Below, one piece after another: positions 13,831 to 25,177 of a stretch of DNA of 64,000 nucleotides. Within the stretch, counting starts at the first letter, position 1. Every line of letters starts with the position of its first letter. The stretch is from Octopus bimaculoides (Eukaryota). Both the position numbers and the translations under genes were made by a program. The stretch spans positions 29,015,751-29,079,750 of the forward strand of contig NC_068984.1 of assembly GCF_001194135.2 (NCBI RefSeq), written 5' to 3'. The notes under the pieces were generated by a model that was given only the letters and a program-made list of their open reading frames with translations, had not been told where the DNA came from and ran no database searches.

Positions 13831-14230
13831 ATTGAAGGATCAATACATATGAGAAGTTCTGAAGTTTCTCCTTGACTTTCCAACCATATTGATGCTTACT
13901 AATTAGAAACATTTCTAAAGAATGATATGAATATATTGACTTGAACTAATGTAGTTAATTATCCATAATCTTTAGTTATCAACACCAAGCTTATATTTCA
14001 AGGAAACCATGTGTTGAAGAATTAGGCAGTTATCAATTTTCTGTCATGTATGTTGTAAAAGTATTGATTTTTTTTTTTTTATTCCTCTACAGTCAACAAA
14101 AGGATCTTTGCTGATGGAAATGTTCAATGAGCTGCAACAGTCATTATGGTTAAGGCAAATGAACTAGCACAAACAGCGAGATATAATAATTCTTCGAAAG
14201 CTACTAAATGAAATAAACTTTCAGAATTGT

Positions 14231-14458
14231 AGATTAATTCCAGTGACCACCATTCTATATTCTAGCTGAAATCCATAAAAACAGCAGTGTAAATTATGAA
14301 GTGCATCTTATAGGAAGCTGTGAATTTGTCACAAATGGCATAGTGAGAGAATAATTAATCTTAAATCAAGAATTCAAACTCAGATACATGAATCATGCAG
14401 TAATTAGGTAAGGCTCATTTACATTAGTTACTTATTCTATCAAGCTGAAATCTATGGC
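14231..14458 (+). repeat. Left arm of perfect 228-bp inverted repeat
   Basis: Base-by-base reverse complement of 14877..15104; no mismatch found. Confidence 0.97.
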
Positions 14459-14786
14459 ATCACTTCCCACATTACAGCTGAGTGATTTAATTGTTAGGCA
14501 GTCAAACTGAAAGTCATTTAATTCTCAAAGCCATGTAGATATATATTATACTCATTTATTGTGCTTTTAATTATTAATTTTTCTGTATGTGATAGTGGAT
14601 TTTCATCGATGAGTTCTTGAAAATTGGTTATTTTCCCTAAAACTATATATATATATGTTGTTGTACTTGGGGATGGTCATATTGCCAGTTTAGCCAATAA
14701 AAACACACGCACTGTATATTTGGTGTTAATTTTTTTTTTTTTTTTTCAGCTTTATATTACATTAATCTTAATCTTAATCTTATTTC

Positions 14787-14831
14787 GGCCAGAGTTCTTT
14801 CGTCACACTTCTGTGACCTCATCAGTGGTCC
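14787..14831 (-). ncRNA. Minimal type-I hammerhead ribozyme-like motif
   Basis: Minus strand reads GGACCA-CUGAUGA-G-GUCAC-agaagu-GUGAC-GAAA-G-AA-CUC-UGGCC. This gives the conserved CUGAUGA and GAAA cores, a perfect 5-bp stem II, a 2-bp stem III, a CUC cleavage triplet and a short imperfect stem I. Predicted cut is between 14792 and 14791. Confidence 0.6.
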
Positions 14832-14876
14832 TTTGTTTCCTTCTTTCTTATGTGTATCTCACCTTGCTAACTATCA

Positions 14877-15104
14877 GCCATAGATTTCAGCTTGATAGAA
14901 TAAGTAACTAATGTAAATGAGCCTTACCTAATTACTGCATGATTCATGTATCTGAGTTTGAATTCTTGATTTAAGATTAATTATTCTCTCACTATGCCAT
15001 TTGTGACAAATTCACAGCTTCCTATAAGATGCACTTCATAATTTACACTGCTGTTTTTATGGATTTCAGCTAGAATATAGAATGGTGGTCACTGGAATTA
15101 ATCT
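14877..15104 (-). repeat. Right arm of perfect 228-bp inverted repeat
   Basis: Exact reverse complement of 14231..14458; spacer is 418 bp. Confidence 0.97.
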
Positions 15105-15140
15105 GTTTCAACACACGATTTCACATAAAAAATCTTGCAA

Positions 15141-15179
<39 letters not shown>

Positions 15180-15191
15180 ATGATGATCTTT

Positions 15192-15322
15192 TAGTTTCCA
15201 TCAATGAAATCCACCTACAAGACACCAGTTAGACCAGGGTGCCACGCAGTGGAACTGAACCCAAAACCACGTGCCTGGGAAGCGAACTTTTCTATGACAC
15301 GATGTTGTGCCTAATGTTCATG
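15192..15322 (-). mobile_element. SINE family B, deleted copy
   Basis: gggtgccacgcagtggaactgaacccaaaaccacgtg...gggaagcgaac is the reverse complement of the family B head. Confidence 0.65.
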
Positions 15323-16869
15323 TTACTGAGAGAAATGAACAGTAGAATTAGAAGTGTATCAGACGAAATGCTTTGAGTATAGTTATGTCCCTTTTCATTT
15401 GCTTTGTACTTAATATTTTTTAAAATAAATGCTGTCTGTTCTATATTAGAAGTTGTTGGCTCAAGTGATTATATATGAGTTAATATAAAGAAAATAAATA
15501 GATAAAAATTTGGCCTATATAAGGTTCAATTTAGTTATTCTTTATGCCAAAATATTGAACTTTATAATGAAAGAAACTTCTTAGGCAAAATGTTTAACAT
15601 CTAAGTAAACTCAACCTTCAAAAGTAAGCTGCACTGAACATTATTCTTCTTAGAATAGAGATAATCTTATACTAGTTATAATGCATTAGAATACCTAGAG
15701 CTTTATTTTCACACAAACTATCTGATTCACAGGGTAAAAAAAAGATATTGTGTGTGTTTTGTGAGTGTATGTGTACACACGCACATACATATGTAAGCAC
15801 ATCTCTCACCATATATAGAAAGATGTCTCTGACCACTATAACACCAAGTGCTTTTATGAGGCCCTTTCTGAAGACTACTCCAATATCAAATAATGGCAAT
15901 TTAATAATCACAATTGGCTATTTAGCTGGACATACTGAAGACCATCATGAGGGAGTGCTGTCTTCACAAACCATTTATCTATCTTAGTGACCACTAGGGC
16001 ACAGAGTATGGAACCCTGCCAAAAACTTAGGTAGAGCAGCTTATTTCTAGCTTAGTGCTTTTCCTACATTTGCCTCACATGGAAAATGGCACTAGTACTA
16101 CTCTCCTGACATAAAGCCAAACACTGTCTCATCTTAGCTAATTTTGTTCCCAATCAATTTGGTTATAACTATTTCTGCAATTTTTATAAACTTGACCAGC
16201 AATTTGGTACCACTGTTATTTCCCCTCTCTAGCTCTCTTTTTAGCCCTTGTAGTAAAGTAACAGTGATGCAGCTATACCCATCATATTAGGATTGACATG
16301 TTCCTGATTGACAAAACATATGACTAGCCCATATCCTACTCTGCCAAACTTGCTAAGCATCTCTGTGGTAACTCAACAGGCTAGGTGATTCTCAACCTTT
16401 ATATCCTTAATTGTCCTGTCTGCCATACTACTGTTAACTTAAATGGCAGGTCCCTCTGTTCAATATACTTGGAAGAGATTCCAACTCCCCCCCCCCCATA
16501 AACTCTCTACATTCAAGAGCTTCTACTAGTACCACATCCTTGTCACTTTCTTTTCTGCACCAGTAAGAGAATGTGTACAATTGCCATTCTATACATATTC
16601 TCAACAACATCTTATTCTCTCAAACCCACTGCCTAGCAATCCAAAACACCTCATGCTTCTGATCTTGACATTACGAAACATCTACAAAACTATTTATACA
16701 TGTGTATGTGTGTATGCGTGTGTGTCAGCATATGTACATGTCTGTGTGGTCTGTGTATTTATGTATGTGCGTACATGTGTACTCACAAGCAAGTAACCAC
16801 TAACATTTTCCAAGTAGTTAATCACTTTTGTAGATATAAATTTTTACAACATTCACACTCACGCCATCT

Positions 16870-16870
16870 C

Positions 16871-16922
<52 letters not shown>

Positions 16923-17009
16923 NNNNNNNNNNNNNNNNNNNNNNNNNNNNNATAGATATATATATATATAGATATATATATATATATAGATATATATATA
17001 TATATAGAT

Positions 17010-17040
<31 letters not shown>

Positions 17041-17130
17041 TGTATATTTATATATATATATGTATGTATATATATGTGTATACCTATATGTGTGTGTATA
17101 TCTATATGTGTATATATATATATATTTACA
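16870..17130. repeat. Compound (TA)n/(TAGA)n/(TATG) microsatellite containing a 29-N gap (16923-16951)
   Basis: Read directly; source of the IY-repeat ORFs. Confidence 0.95.
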
Positions 17131-17686
17131 CACATACATATAGGCATATTTTATTCCATGTTCGCATATGCGATAGCTACAATTCATATGTCCAAAGATG
17201 CACATTCAGAATAAATACACTAAAGAAAAAACATCAACATTGAGGAAAAACACTCTCAATTCAAATCTTTTGTTAGTCTGGGGTAATTGACATTCTTTGT
17301 GATTAACTTACCAATCTGGTGACTGACATGAATATGGTATCAATTGACACTGGCATTTCCAAAGATTTGCACACTTACTTGCCAGTGCTGTTGCAGCTAA
17401 TCAAAGCAATAAACCTAATTCTAAAGCAAGTTTTTGGCATCACTACACTTGGTATTCATTTCTTGTCCAGTTAATGGCTTGATGGGACAGCACTGACAGA
17501 AAATTAGGAGGCATCTTACATTCAAAGCCATACCCCATGAGTCCACTCAACATGTCTTCAACTTTAATAAAGAAAGATGTGTCAGAGCTGATTAGAACAG
17601 CAGCAGTGAAAACAGTTCAATAGGAAAGATGAAGAACAGCAAAACATAAAACAGCAGCATCTTCTACAAAAAAGTCAACAGCAACC

Positions 17687-17688
<2 letters not shown>

Positions 17689-17762
<74 letters not shown>
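17689..17762. repeat. (TG)n microsatellite, 74 bp, followed by a GA-rich block to about 18260
   Basis: Read directly. Confidence 0.95.
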
Positions 17763-17763
<1 letters not shown>

Positions 17764-18346
17764 ATGCACATGAGAGGAGAAAGAGAGTGAGAGAGAGACG
17801 AGAAGAAAGAGAGAGGAGAAAAGGAGACAGAGGGGAAAAGGAGAAAAGGAGACAGAGGCGAAAAGGAGAAAAGTGAGAGACGAGAGGAGAAAGATAGGAG
17901 AGAAGGAGAGAGAGAGAGAGAGAGAGAGGAGAGAAAAGAGATATCAGATTACAAAATAAGTGTTTAGGAACAGTGGCAGAAAAGATAGTGTTCAAGTATA
18001 AGTGAAATGTAATGGAAAAAGTAAAAGAGGAATTTGGAAAATGCTTTAAAAAAATACAGAAAGGAGTAAAGAAAAAGAACATTCATTTGAAGAATGGAGA
18101 AGGTCAATCAAAAAAGCAAGGGGAAAAATGACTGGAGAAATTCTGGTATAGAAATTGTGATATAGTTTATTTTAAGCAGACAGTGAGAAGAGATTGAAGT
18201 AAAAGTAGAGAGTAAAAAAGAGCAATAAACTAACTGAAGGACAAATTACAAGTCTGTATAAATCTATCAGAATTAAAGAACGGTAGAGGGCCAATAAGAG
18301 AATTTATATGAGAAATTATATGGCAGAGGGATCATACAATTATGTA

Positions 18347-18382
<36 letters not shown>

Positions 18383-18420
18383 GTGAATAGATAAAATTGT
18401 TAGTTTGAAAAATTTTGAAA

Positions 18421-18708
18421 GGTAGCGAGATCGTTGCCAGTGCTGCCGAACTGGCTCCTGTGCAGGTGGCACGTAAAATACACCATTTTGAGCGTGGCCA
18501 TTGCCAGTTCCGCCTGACTGGCCTTCGTGCCGGTGGCACGTAAAATCACCTACTACACTCTCAGAGTGGTTGGTGTTAGGAAGGGCATCCAGCTGTAGAA
18601 ACTCTGCCAAATCAGATTGGAGCCTGGTGTAGCTATCTGGTTTCACCAGTCCTCAGTCAAATCGTCCAACCCATGCTAGCATGGAAAGTGGACGTTAAAC
18701 GACAATGA
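18421..18708 (+). mobile_element. Young 5'-truncated RTE-type 3' UTR copy
   Basis: CpG-rich, with two gccagt...ggtggcacgtaaaat subunits. Continues ttaggaagggcatccagctgtagaaactctgcc...ccaacccatgctagcatggaaagtggacgttaaacgac, highly similar to 20162-20310. Confidence 0.85.
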
Positions 18709-19285
18709 AACAGAAATAAAAATCATCATCATTGTCATCTCTATCATTTTGCATCTTTTTTACCAGGCTGCAACCGACAGATTGTTAGAGTCAAACTCAT
18801 CTTAATATGTAGAGCACCTGAGATAACCAATGTCTTACAACGTAGATGGTGTGCATTTTACCATAGCACCAGTACTATATCAGTTGTACCATATCAAAAA
18901 ATCTAAAGGGTCACAAAATACTAGCGTCTTAGACAAATAGCTTGCAATGCTTCTTGTCGAATCCATGCCTCACATTTACATTTTAGTATATTTTCTACAG
19001 ATGAATGTCCTTCCAACATACTTCTAGTCACATTCCAGACTGTACTAGATGCACATAATCATGCCACTAGAACTTAGGGGCTTGCCATATGATAAGACTA
19101 AAGAGTCCCTACCATCACATATTAGTTATTTGGATAGTTCCTTCTAGAAATTTAGTGTGTGCTATGACTAGCAGTGTTCGTGTTTTTCTCCATTCCTGGG
19201 AAGCACAAAGAGTGTAGCCAAGATAAAACTAGTGTAAGAATGGATAAATTTTTTATTTCTTCCTATGATTTATATTTCTCTTTAA

Positions 19286-19493
19286 TCCTTAGCTTTCTGT
19301 CAGATGTAATGCTTATTTATTCATTGTTTTGAAGTAATCGTGGATTATTTTCCAGCTTCAAGATTTCAATCATATGGTTGTATATTTTTAGAATGACATT
19401 GAAGGGTAGGTGTGAGAGGCCAGATCTGGCTTGTTTGAACATAAAACAAGTAGAATAATTTGGTCAGATGTGGCCTGTTTAAACGATGAAGGG
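19286..19493 (+). mobile_element. TTAA-flanked MITE (piggyBac-like ends)
   Basis: TTAA at 19282-85 and 19494-97, right end ...aaggg. The left end resembles the reverse complement of 43545-43582 (ttaaccctttagcattcagattattctgtcaaatgta). Confidence 0.5.
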
Positions 19494-19544
19494 TTAATCA
19501 ATTTTTCTGCACTATTATTTCAATATCAATGAAGACAATGAACT

Positions 19545-20850
19545 AGTGTAATTCTTAGAACATCTGAAAAAATGCTTTCCAGTATTTCTTCCAGCTCTTT
19601 ACATATCAATTTCAAATTCTAGTGAATTGAACTTTACCTTTCCCCATTTTAGGGGTCAATAAAATGAAATACCAATCAAAAACTGAGGATTAATATATCA
19701 AATAATTACCTCCCATCAAAATTACTGGCCCTGTGCCTATGCTGGAAATTTCAATATCATTGACATGATCACATGACATGGCTATGTCAACTCCTTGGTT
19801 GATACATCTATTTTCTCTATTAGCTATATATTTAAACTATATAGCAGTTGCTTAGAGCCTAATGACAGGCATTACCTTCCTGGAAAGAGAAATGCTAGAT
19901 TACCATATCTTCACTTTATTTCTAATATTATTACTGCTGCTGTACTTATTACTTTCTAATTTACAAATTATCATTATTATTACTCATCCATGCTTAACCT
20001 TTCGAGTTCAAATTCTACCGGACTCCACTCTGTTTTTCATCCTTTCAGGATAAAGTACCAGTTGAGCACTGGAGTCGATGTAACTGACTTAGTCCCTCTT
20101 CCTAAATTGCTGGCCTTATGTTAAAATTTGAAGTCATTATCATCATCATCATAATCATTAGGCATAGGAAGGGCATCCAGCTGTAGAAACTCTGCCAGAT
20201 CAGATTGGAGCCTAGTGCAGCCTTCTGGCTTGCCAGTCCTCAGTCAAATCGTCCTACCCCTGCTAGCATGGAAAGCAGACGTTAAACGACGATGATGATG
20301 ATGGTGATGATGATGGTGTTGATTATTATTATTTGGTTTAACTCAGGTTCACTCTAATTCCTGATAGGATTTATGTGGGTAGTGGGTTACAACCTGTAAC
20401 CTGTATCCACAAGTTTTCAGAGGTCTCCTAATAATCTTTATTATCATCATTATTGCTATTATCATTACTATTATTATGCTGAAGTGTAGAGCTTGCAGTG
20501 TTAGCATGCCAGACAAAAATAGTTAATGGCATGTCTCTATGTTCTGAGTTCAAATTCCACCAATATTAACTTTACCTTTTTGTCTTCTTAGGGTTCATAT
20601 AATCAGTACCAATTGAGTACCTGAGTCGATGTAATTGATTTACTTGTGCCAAATTTAGAAAGAAGAGGAGGAGCCGCTGCCACCACCGCCACCACCAGGG
20701 AGGTGAATTAACAGAATCACTAAGCATCAGAAAAGACGTTTTGCAGCATTTCTTCCAGCATTTTACATTCTGAGTTCAAATCCCACCAAAATCAACTTTA
20801 CCATTTGTTCTGCTGGCATCAATAAAAATAAAATACCAGTCAAATACAGA
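19545..20850 (+). mobile_element. Cluster of four degraded tRNA-headed SINE family C copies (about 19545-19750, 19995-20135, 20490-20655, 20700-20850)
   Basis: Each has ttctgagttcaaattcc (B-box-like) or a decayed version and/or ttcatcctttc...aagtaccagt...gtcgatgtaat, as in the cleaner copy at 58742. Confidence 0.7.
20162..20310 (+). mobile_element. Young, strongly 5'-truncated RTE-type tail with (GAT)n end
   Basis: Near-identical to 18575-18700; ends gacgttaaacgacgatgatgatgatg. Confidence 0.85.
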
Positions 20851-21216
20851 TCTGCTGCATTAGTTCGACTTCACCATGCTGACAAAGTGAAATAGACTGA
20901 GACATAAGTCCATACTTGTCTCTTACTTGCAAACAAAGATCAAACTGCTCCTTCGTTAACCATGTACATTACATTGAGAAATCTATTCTACATTTCTAGG
21001 AATTTCCCTTCTCTCAGAGTTGCTAAGATCAGCCATTGAGTTTTTTTCTTTTTCCACTATCAACTCATAAATTTTTCCATTATCAACTTATAAATTGAGG
21101 GAATTTATTTTACACAACATTCAATACGTTACTCTCTATTTCATATAAACACATAAGTGTTTCTACCAAGGTGAGGTACCAAACAGAAGCCCTTATTTTC
21201 TTCTGTTTTTGTTGTA

Positions 21217-21439
21217 CAGTAATCCCTCAACTACCACAGGTGCTACGTTCCAAAACCCCCTGCGATAGGTGAAAATCTGTAAAGTAGAACCAGTATTGTA
21301 CTGTGGGTTTTTTTAAAATCATTTTTATCATTTGTATATATCTATTTTATTATAAATGTGAAACAACACCATGGAGGAATCAACATATGCTTAAATGATA
21401 AACCATGATAAGTGAACAATGATATTCGAGGGATTACTG
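21217..21439. mobile_element. Tigger/pogo-type MITE (223 bp)
   Basis: Perfect 12-bp TIR cagtaatccctc / gagggattactg with TA duplication at 21215-16 and 21440-41. Confidence 0.9.
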
Positions 21440-22774
21440 TACACTTTTGTGTCATGAACCGTAGAAAGGACTTTTGCACAATAATGTTCAGGAATAAATA
21501 ATCTATTTTCATTAGATAAGATAATTTTTTACTATCATTTCAGAATGTAATCTTAAATTTAGTCTTTTCTCACAAAGCAATTCTTTAAGTGAATATAAAG
21601 GGTACATGTGTTAAAATGATTTTTTGATGTCATTACTGTCTGCGCAGCATCAAACAATTTTCATCTTTCCTATTTCAAAATATAATGCATTTGTAAAAAT
21701 ACATAATGTCAAACAGATTTGAGTCACACTAAAATAATCAAAATGATTAATGATTTTAGCAAGTAAGCAAAAGATTTTCAAATCATATACAGATAACATG
21801 TGGGCCCACCTGACAATCAACAGAAAAGCTTACCTAGAAATATCAAGAATCAAAAGATACACATCAATAACAATGAAGGCTGAGAGATATGAGAATGAGT
21901 GTTTCTTGAAAGAAAAAATTTTGTTTTTATGTCTTGAATTTTTCAATTAAGAACATGTATATGTGTATGTGTGTATATAGTTTCAAGTTTTTGTAATGTA
22001 GAATCACTGAAGATATGCCAAGAGGCTGAGAGCAGAGATTTTCTTTGTTCCTCTTGAAGAAATGATACCTTGTAATTATCAATTCCAGTACCTGGATTTA
22101 ATGGAAATGGAAACAATAAAACTCCATGTGTACAACATAATTTAGGATATAAATCTTTTTAGTGTAGTATTATGGGATGTAAATGTTGATATTGATTCAA
22201 GCTTTGATATAGATGTGAATGAATTATTTTGTGATACTATTTCATTTTATTTATGTTGTTATTTGGTTTCTGGTTGATTTTATTCTTTGCAAGTCACCTA
22301 GAAAAAGATGAAACAATGACAGAGAAAATTTTAAAAGGATTGAGAAACTAGTTTGGATATGTTAATTATAACTGAACCACTGCAAAGGAATGTGCATGCA
22401 GCTACTACAAAATAAATTAGGTTAAATTATTACCTGGCAATACACATATACAATAAATGTGAGCAAGACACATTCAACAACCATTATTAGGATATACTAT
22501 TGTGGAAATATCAATAAACAAGTTATTTCCAACAAGTAGTAGTTGGAAATGCAACAGCAAAATGGTTGAAATTAAGATCTAGGCATTCAGTTTCTTTGCT
22601 TTATTTTACTTTTTTGGAAACTTGAAAGCAGAAATTGCAGACACACTTTGCATGTGTATTGGCATCATTATTTATGCATCTGTGTGTGCACATATACACA
22701 TTGTATTCATAAATATATATACATGTAACTTATAAGCTTAAACATATACAAATACGTGCATGTATATATTTATC

Positions 22775-23140
22775 GTTTATGTTTTACTTGTTTTAGTCAT
22801 TGCACTGTGGCCATCCTGGATCATTGCCTTGAAGAATTTTGGTGAAACAAATCAAACTACAGTACCTATTTTTCTAAAGTCTGGTATTTATTTTATTGTT
22901 CTCTTTTGCCAAGACACTAAATTACATAGATGTAAGCACACCAGCACCAGTTATCAAATGGTGGCAGGGGACAAACATAGACACAAAGACTTCTTTCAGA
23001 TTCTGTCACCCAAATCCACTCATGAGGCATTGGCCAGCTTGAAGCTATAGTAGAAAACACTTGCACAAGGTGCCATACAGTGGGGCTGAAACCAGAACCA
23101 CGTGAATGGGAAGCAAGATTCTTACCAGACAGTGCCTATG
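22775..23140 (-). mobile_element. SINE family B, near full length
   Basis: ttttacttgttttagtcattg tail, caaatccactca...gctatagtagaaaacacttg...aaggtgccatacagtggggctgaa head region, all in reverse orientation. Confidence 0.8.
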
Positions 23141-24217
23141 TATATAGAAGGGAAATTATATGTGTGTACACACACAGAGTAGCCTCGTTTAATGAGAACA
23201 GAGACCTGTGTTAATTGTATACTAGAAACTTGAAGACATGTAACTGTATTTCAGCTAACATTTTACAGGTTTGATTAACCTCCTTTGAAGTTGTATCGTT
23301 TTGGCGTATGTTCATCAAACATTTCTTATGTGATTTTACAATAAGAACCCTGGCTTTGTGAAGTCACATATTCTAATGACCATGGTATTATCAAACTGAA
23401 GGAACTAACTAAATTATAGGAGATGTCACAATGACTGGCTTCACTCCAGCATACCTATAATTGCACAGACAGACAAGGGCCACCAGTAGTCACAAGATTT
23501 CAGAGGAGATGCATATTGGATTTTGAGGGAACAATTTGAGAGTGAAAAGTATGAGAACATCAACTCCGAATTGGTCTTAAGCCTTCTCATTTACATAGAT
23601 CAATATTTCTATGTCCTTGTATATTACTGCTAAGTAGTTGTTGACATTAAACTAAGTTCATTCGTCCTTTTGACATGCCTTATTTTTATCTGTTTAAGGC
23701 TTTAAAAACCCTCCCACCAGGCTAACCTCATGGAGGTCCCAGCTTAGATGTTAAAAACCTAACCATGTAACAAATTATATTGGACTGCTGTTGACTGTAT
23801 TAGACTACATGCACATCGGTGGGTGTGAGTGCTCATAAGTTATGCATACATTCATGTGTTTGCATAAAGATAGGCATTTCAACTGCATTAAATATATTTT
23901 TCATTACCTTAATTAGATTTCATACCTGATTTTAAATTGATAACAAATTGCCATTTCAAAGATAAATTTTAGGATGACTTCAATTTTGCCAAAAGCTCGG
24001 TTACCTAACACACTGCAATTTTAATTCTTTGTCACTGTGCAGATATACATTGGTTCAAAATTCTTTAGATCTTCAATATCAATTGCACTGAATTACTTGC
24101 TATCCTTGAAATACTAAAACACTTACCATCACGACTTTCATGCTTTTCTGGTGACTCTGATATGACTAGTAAAAGTATATCAAGTAGATATTTTTGAAGT
24201 CATATTGTAAACTACTA

Positions 24218-24296
24218 CACTGGCCAGCTCCTGTCAAACCATCCAACCCATGCCAGCATGGAAGGAGAACATTAAGCAATGATGATGATGATGATA
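24218..24296 (+). mobile_element. RTE-type tail fragment with (GAT)n
   Basis: gccagctcctgtcaaaccatccaacccatgccagcatgga, nearly identical to 44678-44720. Confidence 0.8.
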
Positions 24297-25097
24297 ACTG
24301 AACTAATGAAATTGCTATTCCATCAGAAATTAAATAGGTTATCATTATCACTTGAGCAAAGCACCAACAAAATTTGAATTAAATCAGACAAAATATGAAG
24401 AAGAAATAGAGACCAGCAACCCACATTCATTCAGTAACATTCAATAAATCATTTATTCTTTCCAAACAGATTGCATATCTGTAGAAGCCTTACTATGTGT
24501 GAGAAAGCGTTGGTGTAAATGTGGAAAATTGAGTTTGGATGAACAACTGTAAATGTAAGCATGCCTAAAAGTATAGTATATGTATGTTCATGTACTGTGT
24601 TTAAACACACACACACACACACACCTGTGTATGAATATGTATGCATACATGACCTATTTGTCTCTTCAGCTTCAATTAATAAAGTTTTCATGACTGACCA
24701 GACACCCAGCAACACTGAACACATTGTTTACAATATTTACCATGAACTGTGAAAAGCAACATAAAACATTATGGTTTATTTATCTGTTTTTGGTTGTTCT
24801 TAACTGTGAAGGTTTAAACAAAATAAGTATTAGAATCAGCTGCTTTGTAAAACCCTTAAAGTATTAAGGAATATCAATATGTGTTGGCAGCATAAGGGAT
24901 TTATAGTGTTAAGTGTATACAAGTTGCATTTAGAACATACAAATGTATGTATGTTTCCACAGAAGTAACTACATAAATGCATATGTATGCTTTTATAAAT
25001 GCACTTTCTTACAAAATTTTCAGTTAAAGATTTATGAGAGAAAATAATTCAATGTCTATTTCTTGTTCTGCTTATAGAGGTTAGAGCAAAAAAATAT

Positions 25098-25133
25098 TGA
25101 TGATGATGATGATGATGATGGTGATGGTGGTGG

Positions 25134-25164
<31 letters not shown>

Positions 25165-25177
25165 GATGATGATGATG
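25098..25177. repeat. (GAT)n/(GGT) trinucleotide repeat, 80 bp
   Basis: Read directly. Confidence 0.95.

Larger units (their letters stand above)
14657..15146. mobile_element. Composite insertion between (TA)n runs: about 220-bp hammerhead-bearing module, 228-bp inverted host copy and 42-bp tail (Penelope/retrozyme-like, inferred)
   Basis: Flanked by (TA)n at 14644-14656 and 15147-15175; contains the hammerhead-like motif and the right IR arm; no TIRs. Confidence 0.55.

Noticed and set aside
13356-13912. Three overlapping 138-175 aa hydrophobic ORFs (also 17675-18082 and 55830-56321)
   Set aside because: They are translations of CT-rich low-complexity DNA; open in several frames only because stop codons are depleted.
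24088-24165. 39-nt minus-strand exon candidate ending in GTAAGT (similar ones at about 17380-17560, 44790-44990 and 53776-53810)
   Set aside because: No consistent reading-frame chain between candidates; short AG...GT segments are common in AT-rich DNA.
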